64,000 nt of DNA from Leptolyngbyaceae cyanobacterium (GTDB taxonomy: Bacteria; Cyanobacteriota; Cyanobacteriia; Phormidesmidales; Phormidesmidaceae): assembly GCA_050331235.1 (NCBI GenBank), contig JBHJHA010000036.1, positions 1-64,000 on the forward strand, in the 5' to 3' direction. Shown in pieces: positions 1 to 9,500 of the stretch (positions within the stretch are counted from its first letter, which is position 1; each line of letters opens with the position of its first letter). The notes beneath the pieces were generated by a model that worked only from the letters and a program-made list of their open reading frames with translations, was not told where the DNA came from and ran no database searches. The translations under genes and the position numbers were made by a program.

Positions 1-257
1 TAGCCTCCTGATCGGCAGGCAATATCTATGGCGAGATAGATTATCAAGAGAATGTCCCTGTATTCAATTGTATAGAGTAGACCAATCCATGATTCATTGT
101 GATAAAGCGAATTGAAAGCAATATTGCTTTGCTTCGCTTTATGTCGAAGGAACCATAATGGAGCGCGTTCATTTTTTGGAAACGCGTCCTTGTATAGTGA
201 TTCGACCCTAGTGGAGTTCTCTTTATCAATTGCTGCTGGCACGAAATCGATACTCAT
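1..257 (-). CDS. GNAT family N-acetyltransferase, partial (runs off the window edge); integron-type cassette gene
   Basis: Not in the ORF track. My manual translation from the ATG at 257 on the minus strand is MSIDFVPAAIDKENSTRVESLYKDAFPKNERAPLWFLRHKAKQSNIAFNSLYHNESWIGLLYTIEYRDILLIIYLAIDIACRSGG, open to position 1. LY.xAFP.xER and YLAID...RSGG (start of the acetyl-CoA binding motif A) are GNAT-like. Confidence 0.75.
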   Translation of the reverse strand, partial: MSIDFVPAAIDKENSTRVESLYKDAFPKNERAPLWFLRHKAKQSNIAFNSLYHNESWIGLLYTIEYRDILLIIYLAIDIACRSGG

Positions 258-310
258 AATCGTCTCATTCCGTTTAGTCCGTCTAACGGATTGGCATCAC
301 AGGCGTGAGC

Positions 311-415
311 GTCTAACGCTAAGCTAACGGGCAATAATACTGCGGTAAAGTGCGTAAGCATCGCAGTGTTATTGTCCCAGCGACCGAAGGGAGCGAGTTA
401 AGCGCCTTGTTAGGC
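311..415 (-). mobile_element. attC recombination site (59-base element) of an integron gene cassette
   Basis: The minus strand reads GCCTAAC-AAGGCGCTTAACTCGCTCCCTTCGGTCGCTGGGACAATAACACTGCG...CGCAGTATTATTGCCCGTTAGCTTAGC-GTTAGAC. This gives an RYYYAAC inverse core, an imperfect palindrome and a GTTRRRY core. The TAA stop of the upstream ORF lies inside the inverse core. Confidence 0.85.
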
Positions 416-814
416 ATCTACATCTTCACCTTCTAGGAATATCTGTACGCCATGTGGCATGACTTCCCAGTCAGCTTTTGAACCCACGTAAATATGTTTA
501 ACGCTATCTAATTCGGGACTGCCATCGACGCAACCTAACGTAACACCATGAATTGTGCCCTTACAAGTACCGCAGAGTGTAGAACCACAAACTTTGCAAA
601 ACTGCAGACCAAATCCTTGCTCACCCGTGTAAGTTGTGAGCAATTCTTCTCCACTGGTCCACATAAAGTCTGAGGGTTCAACAATTGCATATGCAGAAGC
701 TTGTGAATTGAATGCCTTTCGACACTGAGAACAATGGCAAGACCGTGGATCTTTTAGTTTCCCACTAATCCTATATTTAACTCTGCCGCAGAAACATCCA
801 CCTGTTACATCCAC
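410..814 (-). CDS. GFA (glutathione-dependent formaldehyde-activating / CENP-V) family protein; cassette gene
   Basis: Zn-binding motifs GGCFCG, CHCSQCRK and FCKVCGS, plus HIYVGSKADW. An AGGAG RBS precedes the GTG start, and a GTTAGGC core site lies just upstream (829-835). Confidence 0.9.
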   Translation of the reverse strand: MDVTGGCFCGRVKYRISGKLKDPRSCHCSQCRKAFNSQASAYAIVEPSDFMWTSGEELLTTYTGEQGFGLQFCKVCGSTLCGTCKGTIHGVTLGCVDGSPELDSVKHIYVGSKADWEVMPHGVQIFLEGEDVDA

Positions 815-988
815 AAATTTCTCCTGATGCCTAACAACTTATTAGAGAGAATCATTCCACATAACATGATAGAGTCTCGAAGCCATCAAAGTGACCGTAT
901 CACAGGGCTTTCAATGGCTTCTAAACCCATCTTGGAATGGGTGAATATGTGGAACGCATAGTGTTCTAACCCTACCAGCTATAACGTT

Positions 989-1160
989 AGCAAGTCGCTG
1001 TAGAATAATGCCGACTGTAGGCGATGTGGCGGTGGATGGCGCTGATGTTCTCTACAGTTGGCCTATGACCGACATGTTTGAGCGTTGAAGAGTGCCATGA
1101 GCTATCGGATGGATCGTCGTGCCTATGCCGAAACCTACGGGCCGACCATGGGCGATCGCG
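989..1160 (+). repeat. Diverged direct-repeat copy 1 of the ureC upstream region and first 21 codons (copy 2 at 1820-1992)
   Basis: AGCAAGTC...GTAGAATAATGCCGACTGTAGGCGAT...ATGAGCTA(T/C)CGGATGGATCGTCGTGCCTATGCCGAAACCTACGGGCCGACC(A/G)TGGGCGATCGCG is present at both positions with scattered substitutions. Confidence 0.95.
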
Positions 1161-1171
1161 CGAGATCATAA
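1097..1171 (+). pseudogene. ureC: ureC 5' fragment ([24 protein letters not shown])
   Basis: Matches the UreC N-terminus at 20 of the first 21 residues and is truncated right after the HIP1 site at 1152-1159. Confidence 0.85.
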
Positions 1172-1435
1172 TTGTTTCAGAAGCTCGTCGTATTTCGCGG
1201 GCGTACCAATCCAAAACCAATAGACGTGTTCTTTTTCCAGCAATCCAAGTGCTCTGTAGTTAAGACCGATACGAACTGAGTAGATGGGCTGACGCTGACT
1301 CACTCGCTTGAATTGAAGGCTCGGATGATAGGGATCGACTTTCCAAAGGGCATAAGCTTTGTTGGCTTGAGCCTTTACCTCAGTAGGCAACTGATTCAAC
1401 TGTTTACGGAAGTCTTTAATCGTGCTCGACTTCAT
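1166..1435 (-). CDS. RelE/ParE-superfamily type II toxin (ParE-like)
   Basis: 89 aa basic protein with FRKQL..LP, DPYHPSLQFK, YSVRIG.NYRALG and WFWIG motifs. It overlaps the upstream antitoxin stop (TAATG). Confidence 0.8.
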   Translation of the reverse strand: MKSSTIKDFRKQLNQLPTEVKAQANKAYALWKVDPYHPSLQFKRVSQRQPIYSVRIGLNYRALGLLEKEHVYWFWIGTPAKYDELLKQL

Positions 1436-1662
1436 TATTCAGTTGGGAAAACGTTGTCGAGTGGAACAACCTTCTCTGATACGATCTTCTCTCGGACTAA
1501 AGCGGCTAGGCTATCCCACTGATTATCTGTAGTAGCTTCAAAGCGAGTTTGCCAAGCCCGTTCATCTTCTAGCTCAGCTAAGAGCCGCGAGGCGATCGCA
1601 TCTTGCTGTTCATCAGACAGTTTTGATACTTCTGCAATAGCTTGCTGGAGAAGCTCAGTCAT
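1435..1662 (-). CDS. Putative antitoxin of the type II TA pair
   Basis: 75 aa acidic protein (MTELLQQAIAEVSKL..EQQDAIA..LLAELEDE..W...F), translationally coupled to the toxin gene. Confidence 0.75.
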   Translation of the reverse strand: MTELLQQAIAEVSKLSDEQQDAIASRLLAELEDERAWQTRFEATTDNQWDSLAALVREKIVSEKVVPLDNVFPTE

Positions 1663-1819
1663 AGATATGAGTGGCTAATGGTTATCGTCATTGTACTCAG
1701 TCAGCTACTTCAGATCATGAACCGCTGACGTAGAAACTTGAAGCGTTCGATTCACCTAGTTGCTCACCTCTCTGGTCTCATCTCATCGTTACAAATCGCG
1801 GCGAACAGCGTCTGCAGGC

Positions 1820-1992
1820 AGCAAGTCACCGTAGAATAATGCCGACTGTAGGCGATATGGCGGTGTCTAGCGCTGATGTTCTCTACAGTTGGCCTGTGAC
1901 CTACTTGTTTGAGCGTTGAGGATTGCCCATGAGCTACCGGATGGATCGTCGTGCCTATGCCGAAACCTACGGGCCGACCGTGGGCGATCGCG
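1820..1992 (+). repeat. Direct-repeat copy 2 (functional ureC upstream region and 5' end)
   Basis: Matches 989-1160 and also ends at a HIP1 site (1984-1991). Confidence 0.95.
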
Positions 1993-3638
1993 TTCGCCTC
2001 GCGGATACTGAGCTGATCATTGAGGTGGAGCGCGACTTCACGACCTATGGTGACGAGGTGAAGTTTGGCGGCGGCAAAGTGATTCGCGATGGTATGGGGC
2101 AGTCACCCATTTCGCGAGCGGATGGCGCAGTCGATACGGTGATTACCAATGCGCTGATCCTTGATTGGTGGGGTATTGTGAAGGCCGACATCGGCATCAA
2201 AGACGGGCGCATCACCAAAATTGGTAAAGCCGGCAACCCCTACATTCAAGACAACGTCGACATCATTGTTGGACCGAGTACCGAGGCGATCGCCGGTGAG
2301 GGCATGATTCTTACTGCGGGCGGCATTGATGCCCACATTCACTTCATTTGTCCCCAACAGATTGAGACGGCGATCGCCTCGGGCGTCACCACTATGATCG
2401 GCGGCGGCACGGGGCCAGCGACCGGCACGAACGCGACGACCTGTACCCCTGGCGCATGGCACATCGCGCGAATGCTGCAGGCGGCAGATGCCTTTCCGCT
2501 GAACTTTGGCTTTTTGGGTAAGGGCAACAGTGCGCTGCAGCCTGGGCTGGTCGAGCAGGTGCAGGCGGGTGCGCTGGGCCTAAAACTGCATGAAGACTGG
2601 GGAACAACTCCGGCGGCGATCGATACCTGCCTCAGCGTCGCCGACGACTACGACGTGCAGGTCGCCATTCACACCGACACGCTGAACGAATCGGGGTTTG
2701 TGGAAGATACCGTCGCAGCGTTTAAAGGTCGTGCCATTCACACGTATCACACCGAGGGGGCCGGCGGTGGCCATGCGCCGGACATCATCAAAGTCTGTGG
2801 CGAAAGCAATGTGCTGCCTTCTTCGACCAACCCGACGCGACCTTACACCACCAACACCTTAGAAGAACACCTCGATATGCTGATGGTGTGTCACCACCTC
2901 AGCCGCAGCATTCCCGAAGATGTGGCCTTCGCAGAATCCCGTATCCGTCGCGAAACCATTGCCGCCGAGGACATCCTGCACGATCTCGGTGCTTTCAGCA
3001 TGATTGCGTCTGATTCCCAAGCGATGGGCCGCGTGGGTGAAGTGGTCATCCGTACCTGGCAGACTGCCCACAAGATGAAAGTGCAGCGAGGCGCGTTGAG
3101 CGAGGACAGCGATCGCAATGATAACCATCGGGCCAAGCGCTACGTCGCTAAGTATACGATCAACCCGGCCATCACCCATGGCATCTCGAACCACGTTGGT
3201 TCCGTTGAGGAAGGTAAGCTTGCCGATCTCTGTTTGTGGAAGCCCGCGATGTTTGGCGTCAAGCCGGAAATTGTGATTAAGGGCGGGGCGATCGCCTGGG
3301 CCCAAATGGGCGACCCCAACGCGAGTATTCCAACGCCGCAGCCGATTCACATGCGACCGATGTTTGGCAGCTACGCCGGAGCGATCGCCGCCACCAGTTT
3401 TTCCTTCGTCTCCCAAGCCGGAGTAGACGGCGGTATTGGCGAACAGTTTGGATTGCAGAAACCTGTCGCCGCCGTCAGTGGCATCCGCAACCTCACTAAA
3501 GCGGATATGAAGCTCAACACCTATCAACCCCACATGGAAGTCAATCCTGAGACCTACGAAGTCCGCGCCGATGGCGAGCTGCTCACTTGTGAACCGGCGG
3601 ATGTACTCCCGATGGCTCAGCGCTACTTCTTGTTTTAG
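1929..3638 (+). CDS. ureC: Urease subunit alpha
   Basis: [51 protein letters not shown] and a C-terminal AQRYFLF. The ATG at 1929 is preferred to the TTG at 1923. Confidence 0.99.
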   Translation: MSYRMDRRAYAETYGPTVGDRVRLADTELIIEVERDFTTYGDEVKFGGGKVIRDGMGQSPISRADGAVDTVITNALILDWWGIVKADIGIKDGRITKIGKAGNPYIQDNVDIIVGPSTEAIAGEGMILTAGGIDAHIHFICPQQIETAIASGVTTMIGGGTGPATGTNATTCTPGAWHIARMLQAADAFPLNFGFLGKGNSALQPGLVEQVQAGALGLKLHEDWGTTPAAIDTCLSVADDYDVQVAIHTDTLNESGFVEDTVAAFKGRAIHTYHTEGAGGGHAPDIIKVCGESNVLPSSTNPTRPYTTNTLEEHLDMLMVCHHLSRSIPEDVAFAESRIRRETIAAEDILHDLGAFSMIASDSQAMGRVGEVVIRTWQTAHKMKVQRGALSEDSDRNDNHRAKRYVAKYTINPAITHGISNHVGSVEEGKLADLCLWKPAMFGVKPEIVIKGGAIAWAQMGDPNASIPTPQPIHMRPMFGSYAGAIAATSFSFVSQAGVDGGIGEQFGLQKPVAAVSGIRNLTKADMKLNTYQPHMEVNPETYEVRADGELLTCEPADVLPMAQRYFLF

Positions 3639-3691
3639 AAAAATGGCCGAGCGATCGCCATCTCTACAGCCGCACAAACGTGACGTGAACA

Positions 3692-4273
3692 ATGGCTAAA
3701 CCTCCGGATTTAGAACGGGTTGAGGTAACTTCCGTTGAGGCATTGCGTCAGTGGTTTGAAGCCCATCACAGCCAGCCAGACTCCATCTGGCTCGTGACTT
3801 ATAAGAAATCGGTGCCAGACAAGTCTGTGTCCATTCAGGCGGTGCTTGACGAGGTGCTGTGTTTTGGGTGGATGGATGGACGTCGCATGAAGCTAGATGA
3901 CGATCGCACGATGCAGCTACTCTCACCCCGTAAAACAGGTCACTGGTCCAAAACCTATAAAGACCGTGTGGCGCAATTGACTCAGGCTGGCCGCATGCAT
4001 GAATCCGGATTGCAGGCAGTGGCAGCGGCAAAAGCTAACGGCCTATGGGACTTTATGAATGACGTGGATGCCTTAATCAAGCCTGATGATCTGATTGTCG
4101 CGCTAGCCGCACATCCGCCCGCGATGGCTCACTACGAAGCCTTTCCAGATTCGGTTAAGCGTGACATACTGCGCTGGATTAAGCTGGCCAAGCAGCCCGC
4201 AACCCGAGCCAAACGAATTAAACAAACGGCGGAACTAGCAGCGCACAATCAACGAGCGTCTGGTACCCGTTGA
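3692..4273 (+). CDS. YdeI/OmpD-associated family protein
   Basis: LRQWFEAHH, IWLVTYKK, VLCFGWMDG, SPRK...WS..YK and WIKLAKQPATRAKRI. Confidence 0.9.
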   Translation: MAKPPDLERVEVTSVEALRQWFEAHHSQPDSIWLVTYKKSVPDKSVSIQAVLDEVLCFGWMDGRRMKLDDDRTMQLLSPRKTGHWSKTYKDRVAQLTQAGRMHESGLQAVAAAKANGLWDFMNDVDALIKPDDLIVALAAHPPAMAHYEAFPDSVKRDILRWIKLAKQPATRAKRIKQTAELAAHNQRASGTR

Positions 4274-4303
4274 GACTATAGCCCATTAGATTGAGTACTC
4301 CCG

Positions 4304-5366
4304 ATGCAAGATTCTGCGCCCACGATGCGAGGTGTCTGGTTGATCGGCCACGGCGACTTCGATCAGCTTGCGATACGAGATGACATTCCCCTGCCTCAGA
4401 TTGGGGCCACTGACGTCCTTATCAAGGTCAGTGCTGCTGGGGTCAACAATACTGATATCAATACCCGCATCGGCTGGTACTCCAAACAGGATCGGGCCGC
4501 GGAAGATGCTGCTTTGGGGGGGCACTCCAATTCAATTGCCTCGCATCCAAGGGGCGGATGTGTGTGGTCAGATTGTCGCCGTTGGCGATCAGGTCAATGC
4601 TGACCGCATCGGCGATCGCGTGCTGGTCGAGCCCTGTTTGTGGGAGGCGCAGGGCCAATCCCTTGATCAGCCCTGGTATTTCGGCTCTGAATGTGACGGT
4701 GGCTTTGCCGAATACACCAGGGTCGCCGCGCGCCATGCGCACAAAATTGAGAGTTCCTATAGCGATGTTGAACTGGCCTCTTTTCCCTGCTCCTACTCTA
4801 CGGCAGAAAATTTGCTCACTCGGGCCCAGGTCAGCGGCAGCGATCGCGTTTTAATCACCGGCGCCTCAGGAGGTGTCGGGTCAGCGGCAGTCCAGCTAGC
4901 TAAGGCCCGCGCCGCTGAGGTCATAGGGGTCACCAGTGCCGCCAAAGCCGCTAATGTACTTTCGCTAGGGGCAACGGCAACCGTTGATCGAGGCAAAAGT
5001 CTCATCGAGGCGCTGGGCAAAAATTCCGTGGATGTGGTGATTGATCTCGTGGCGGGTCCCCAATGGCCAGAACTGTTGGAAGTGCTCCGGCCAAAAGGTC
5101 GCTACGCCGTTTCGGGAGCCATTGCCGGGCCTATCGTTGAGCTAGATGTCTGCACGCTTTACCTCAAAGACTTGAGTTTCTTTGGCTGTACGGTTTTAGA
5201 GCCCGAAGTCTTTCCCAACCTGATTCGCCTGATCGAGACAGGTTCCATTCGTCCGCTGGTGGCACAGGTTTTTCCCTTGACCGAGATTGTGACAGCCCAA
5301 AAAGCGTTTTTGGCCAAGAACCATACCGGCAAAATCGTACTCCAAGTTACTGAGTTTGGAGCATGA
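4304..5366 (+). pseudogene. MDR-superfamily alcohol dehydrogenase/quinone oxidoreductase split by a +1 frameshift near 4513-4522
   Basis: The N-terminal MDR part (GHGDFDQL...DVLIKVSAAGVNNTD) is in the 4304 frame. The remainder (PRIQGADVCG, ITGASGGVGSAAVQLAK, GKIVL) is in the 4368 frame. The junction falls in TTT-GGGGGGG. Confidence 0.8.
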
Positions 5367-5668
5367 GCTTTGGGGATGTAGGGTTTGGTGAGCCCTGGTA
5401 GCGATCGCACCTTTGCGCTTGGAAAGCGCGCCCGCCATGCTGAGCCATTGGCAGCAAGGGCTACCAGCTAACTATTCTGTTAACACCCAGGCCCGCTTCT
5501 CACAAGCTTCATACAGACAGGGAGAAAATACCTAATCTTTATGCGGGTTGTCGCTTTGGGCGAAGTTTTGTTAAAAGGCCTTACCGTATAATTACGCCGA
5601 GGCAAGCTTTGCCATAGCTGCCCCTGATAGATTTACCCTAAAACACCCAAAGGCTCCTGGAGGTGCGG

Positions 5669-6571
5669 ATGTCAGCTTTATCATTTGCCATGGTCACTCC
5701 CACCTACGCCAATGATTATGAACAGTTTGCGCTACTGGCCCACACCGTTGAGCGCCGGGTGCCAGAGCATGTGCCCCACTACGTCATTGTCCCTAGTGAA
5801 GATTACGACCTGTTCCAGCCGTTGCGGTCATCGCGGACGCGCTTACTCAAAGACACTGAGGTGCTGCCCCGTTGGGCACAGGGACTGTTCAAAGTCGGTC
5901 GATACCGAGTGACCACCCGTAGCTTGCCGCTGCGCGGCTGGATTTTACAGCAGCTGATCAAACTGTCAGCGCCTTTGTTTGCCGATGAAGATGTATATCT
6001 GAATCTGGATTCAGATACAGCGTTTTTGCGCGATTTTGATCCTGCGATCGAATTTGTCAGGGACGGCAAAGTCAGGCTGTTTTGTGAACTCTCTGAGCCG
6101 TCTTGGCCCGATGCTGTGCTGGAGCAAAACCGTCGCTGGCGAGATAACTCCCTTAAGCTATTGGGCATTACCGGAGAAAAGGCACCGCGGGCGGGATATG
6201 TCGGACAAATCGTTCCCTGGCGGCGGAATGTTTTGGAGTCCATACACCAGCATCTAGATCGCGGCTGGGGCCGCTCTTGGCAAGAGCGCCTCGGTCGCTG
6301 CTTGACCCTTTCTGAATACACGCTGTATGGCGTTTATGTGGAAAATGTGTTGGGCTTTGAGGCCGCTGGACATTGTCCTGATGACACTAAGTGGGCTTTG
6401 GAGTCGTGGGCCGCGACTGAGCAGAGTCTAGATGACCTGCAGGCGTTGCGAGACGAACAGCTCAAGCAGCATCATATTGCATTGATGGTGTCGGCTAAGG
6501 GACATACTCCAGCGGAACGTATCAACCAGGTGTTTGAGCTGCGATCGCCCGAAACTGCCGGTCACAGTTAG
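5669..6571 (+). CDS. DUF6492-like protein (glycosyltransferase-like fold)
   Basis: VTPTY..D, GWILQQLIKL, a DxD-like LDSD motif and LSEYTLYG. Confidence 0.65.
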   Translation: MSALSFAMVTPTYANDYEQFALLAHTVERRVPEHVPHYVIVPSEDYDLFQPLRSSRTRLLKDTEVLPRWAQGLFKVGRYRVTTRSLPLRGWILQQLIKLSAPLFADEDVYLNLDSDTAFLRDFDPAIEFVRDGKVRLFCELSEPSWPDAVLEQNRRWRDNSLKLLGITGEKAPRAGYVGQIVPWRRNVLESIHQHLDRGWGRSWQERLGRCLTLSEYTLYGVYVENVLGFEAAGHCPDDTKWALESWAATEQSLDDLQALRDEQLKQHHIALMVSAKGHTPAERINQVFELRSPETAGHS

Positions 6572-6584
6572 CTGGTCGCGATTC

Positions 6585-9500
6585 TCATGTTGACTCATCC
6601 ATGGTGGGTGATGCCGTTGATATGACGCTGGCAGTAGCGGCCTTGTCTGCTTCGGCTTGGGCTAACTCTACTAAGAACTGGAGGGCATTAGCGATATACA
6701 GCGCACAGGCTTTGGGCGATCGCATGTAAAAGGCAGACCAAGCTGCACTTTTTTGGGCGTCGTAATCATCAATGCGATCGGGACGATTTTCCATCCAGGC
6801 TAGGCGCACGGCGTGCCCAATGAGCACATCAAGGGCAATGTAATCGTCAAACTGTAGATCAGGATTACCTTGGAAAATAGCTGCCAGTTCCCGCAGTGCT
6901 TCTACTGTTAGGTGACGATATTCAGGGGCATGGATTTTGGTCAACAGATGATCGAGGCGACGGGCAAAGTTAGCCTCGCCCGGAGTCATCTCCGAAATCA
7001 CAGAAGCGCTGTCAATCCGATTGCGCCGATCTAGCTTGTCGCCAATGATGAGGCCTTGGCAGTGGTGTAGTAAGTCCCAAACCTTGAGATAAAACTCCTC
7101 TGGCAGCCGAGTTAATTCGCCATCAATCTGCCGCTTACGCCACCAGTCATTGACCCGCAGGTCAACCTGCTCGACCTGCTCGGGCAAAACGCTCCACTTG
7201 ATAGCCGCGTTGGACTTGATGTGCAGCGATTCTTGCTGAAAGATCGCTTGATTGAGACCGGAGTATCCAACGAGCACCTGCCGCAATCGCATCTTGACCT
7301 CATAGGGGCTTAGGGCCGTGAGGCGATCGTAGGCTTCATCACGGGGTACGTGGTGCTCACGGGCCATTTCGCTGGTAAGCAATAAAATCAAGTAGCCAAT
7401 TCTCAGGGTCAGTAAGCCTTCGAACAGTTCAGGCTCAGATTTCATCAGCACGCTGAGATAAACGATGATCTCCTGGGTCAAAGCGCGATCGCGTTCATTA
7501 TCTCCGCAGTAGGCAATGATTTTCTCCATGATTTCGGAGTGAGGCATCGGGTCACGAATGAGTGAACCGTCGCTGTAAGATTTACCAACCGTGACGTACT
7601 TTTGCCGGACCAATAGCTCAGTCACGGCATCTGATAAATTGACATCGATCTTGTTCAGCAGCCCTGCGGTGCGACGAACAATCAGCCAGAGTTCTTGACG
7701 TCCGGCCTTGACGTAAACCTCTTCCAGTAGATCACCGATCGTAATGCCCCTTTCTGGATCGACCTTAGTATCAAAGTCAAAGCCTTCTAAAGATTGCAGC
7801 CGCGCTAGCACCTCGACCTGTTCGTAGAGATTGGTAGACCGCTCCAGGAGGCTGACCAAGTAGCCGCTATCTGTTTCGCGATCGATTTGAAATAGGTGCC
7901 ACACATCCAGGGCCTCTGAATGTGTGGGCACCACCGACAGATAGGCCGAGCGCCGGGTGATGTATCGTAACGGCTGTTGCCGTAGGGAGTACACGCCAAT
8001 GTCATCAATGCGTTCAGTATTGGCTGTGAGCAGCAACTGGTGAAGCGGCCCCAGCACCACCGGCACGCCTCCACAGTGGCCCGTTTTCAGTTCTTGAATG
8101 AGCAGCAGTAGAGGGGATTCGTGAATGGGTCGACGCCCCAGTTCGAACATCTCGTGGGTCAGCAGTAACGTCATAGTTGGACGGCCCACGGCGTTCCAGT
8201 GGTAGTGAATGTAGGACAGCTCACTGCGAATTTGCGCCACCAGAAAGTGGTAGTCGAGGGTGATATAGAACTTTTGCGGATCCAAAAAGGACGGCAGGAA
8301 AACCACCGTTTCCCCTTGAATGCGAAACGCCTGGGCCGTGGTTAACCCCCGGAGTCGGCGAATGGGCCGACCGGTAATCCCCAGCTTGGCATTAAAGCCG
8401 ATCTGCGCATAGACCGCCGAAAGTTCGGCGGACGGATAAATTTTGATCGGTTCAACCTGCTCGGCAATTTGGGTGGCAATGCCATAGTCTGCCAGTTTTT
8501 CCTGCAGCGCTTCATTTTCGGCAATCAGGGCAATTTGAACGATCGCTTTATGTTTTCGCCCCACCCGCGAGTGGCGTGCCAAGGGGTCAATGTCGCCCGG
8601 AGTCAAGACGCCGTCGTCGATCATTTGTCCCAGTAAAAACAGGCTTTGCGCCCAGACCAACGGTAGGTTGTCGTTGGGCACCCGAGCTTGACTGCCAGGC
8701 GTCTCACGCTCAGCCGCGATCGCCCCCTCGGGTACGTAATACAGCTCTGGCAGTAGCGAAAAACTACCCTGGGTCACCGCGATCGCCTCAAGCCGCTGTC
8801 GGTAAAACCGCGTGGCTCTGGCATCATGGCGAAATAACCCATCTAAATAGAGATATGTGAAAAACAGCGGCCACTCACACTCGATATGCTCAAACTGCTG
8901 CAACTCCGCCGGTTCATAATGCAGCCTCGTGGTGTCTTCAATGACCGTCTGATGGCCATCGCGCAAAAACCGCTTACAGCCATAGCGCCCCTGCAGCTTG
9001 TCGACAATTTTTTGCTGAGTCTGGAGCACAAGGCTGGCATCTTCGATCGCGAATCCAGGAAATCCAATAATGCTGAGTACCGCCGCATCGACCTCTTTAG
9101 AGCCCGACTCGCGCGGCAATAAAGATTCCAAAATCAGCCGCGCCCGTGATATTTCATCGGGCAAGACATGCACCACTGCCGCCTGCCCTCCCTGAATGCC
9201 AAACAGGTTGAGCCCATCCATGGCCTCCAAAGCGGCCTTTGCCATTCCCACAGAACTGGCGTTGAGCTCCGGTTTTCCGTGGTTAAGTTTGTTGCCGCGT
9301 TCCCAAATGCCGTAATCGGGGGTGCGATATGCCCTGCCGATGTAGTAAACGAGGTTCTGCACAAAGTTGACCTCGTCGAGAGTGAAGACAATTTGCATCC
9401 CAGACGCCGTCATTTGCGCCAACATCAAGAGGAATACTGAAGTGGCATCAATCTGTAGATGCCCCCATTCGTCATCCTCCACGACGGTACTCGCAGTCGC

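Noticed and set aside
44..327. ORF-track calls 44-229 (-) and 112-327 (+)
   Set aside because: They are superseded by the GNAT frame starting at 257 on the minus strand, which has family motifs and a cassette context.
1929..3638. ureC without ureA/ureB or accessory genes as an anomaly
   Set aside because: Urease genes are commonly dispersed in cyanobacteria, and the others may lie outside the window.
2859..3692. 277-aa antisense ORF over ureC, and similar shadow ORFs (e.g. 5803-6321, 42571-43050, 55152-55586)
   Set aside because: They lie opposite well-supported genes and have no motifs, as expected from codon bias.
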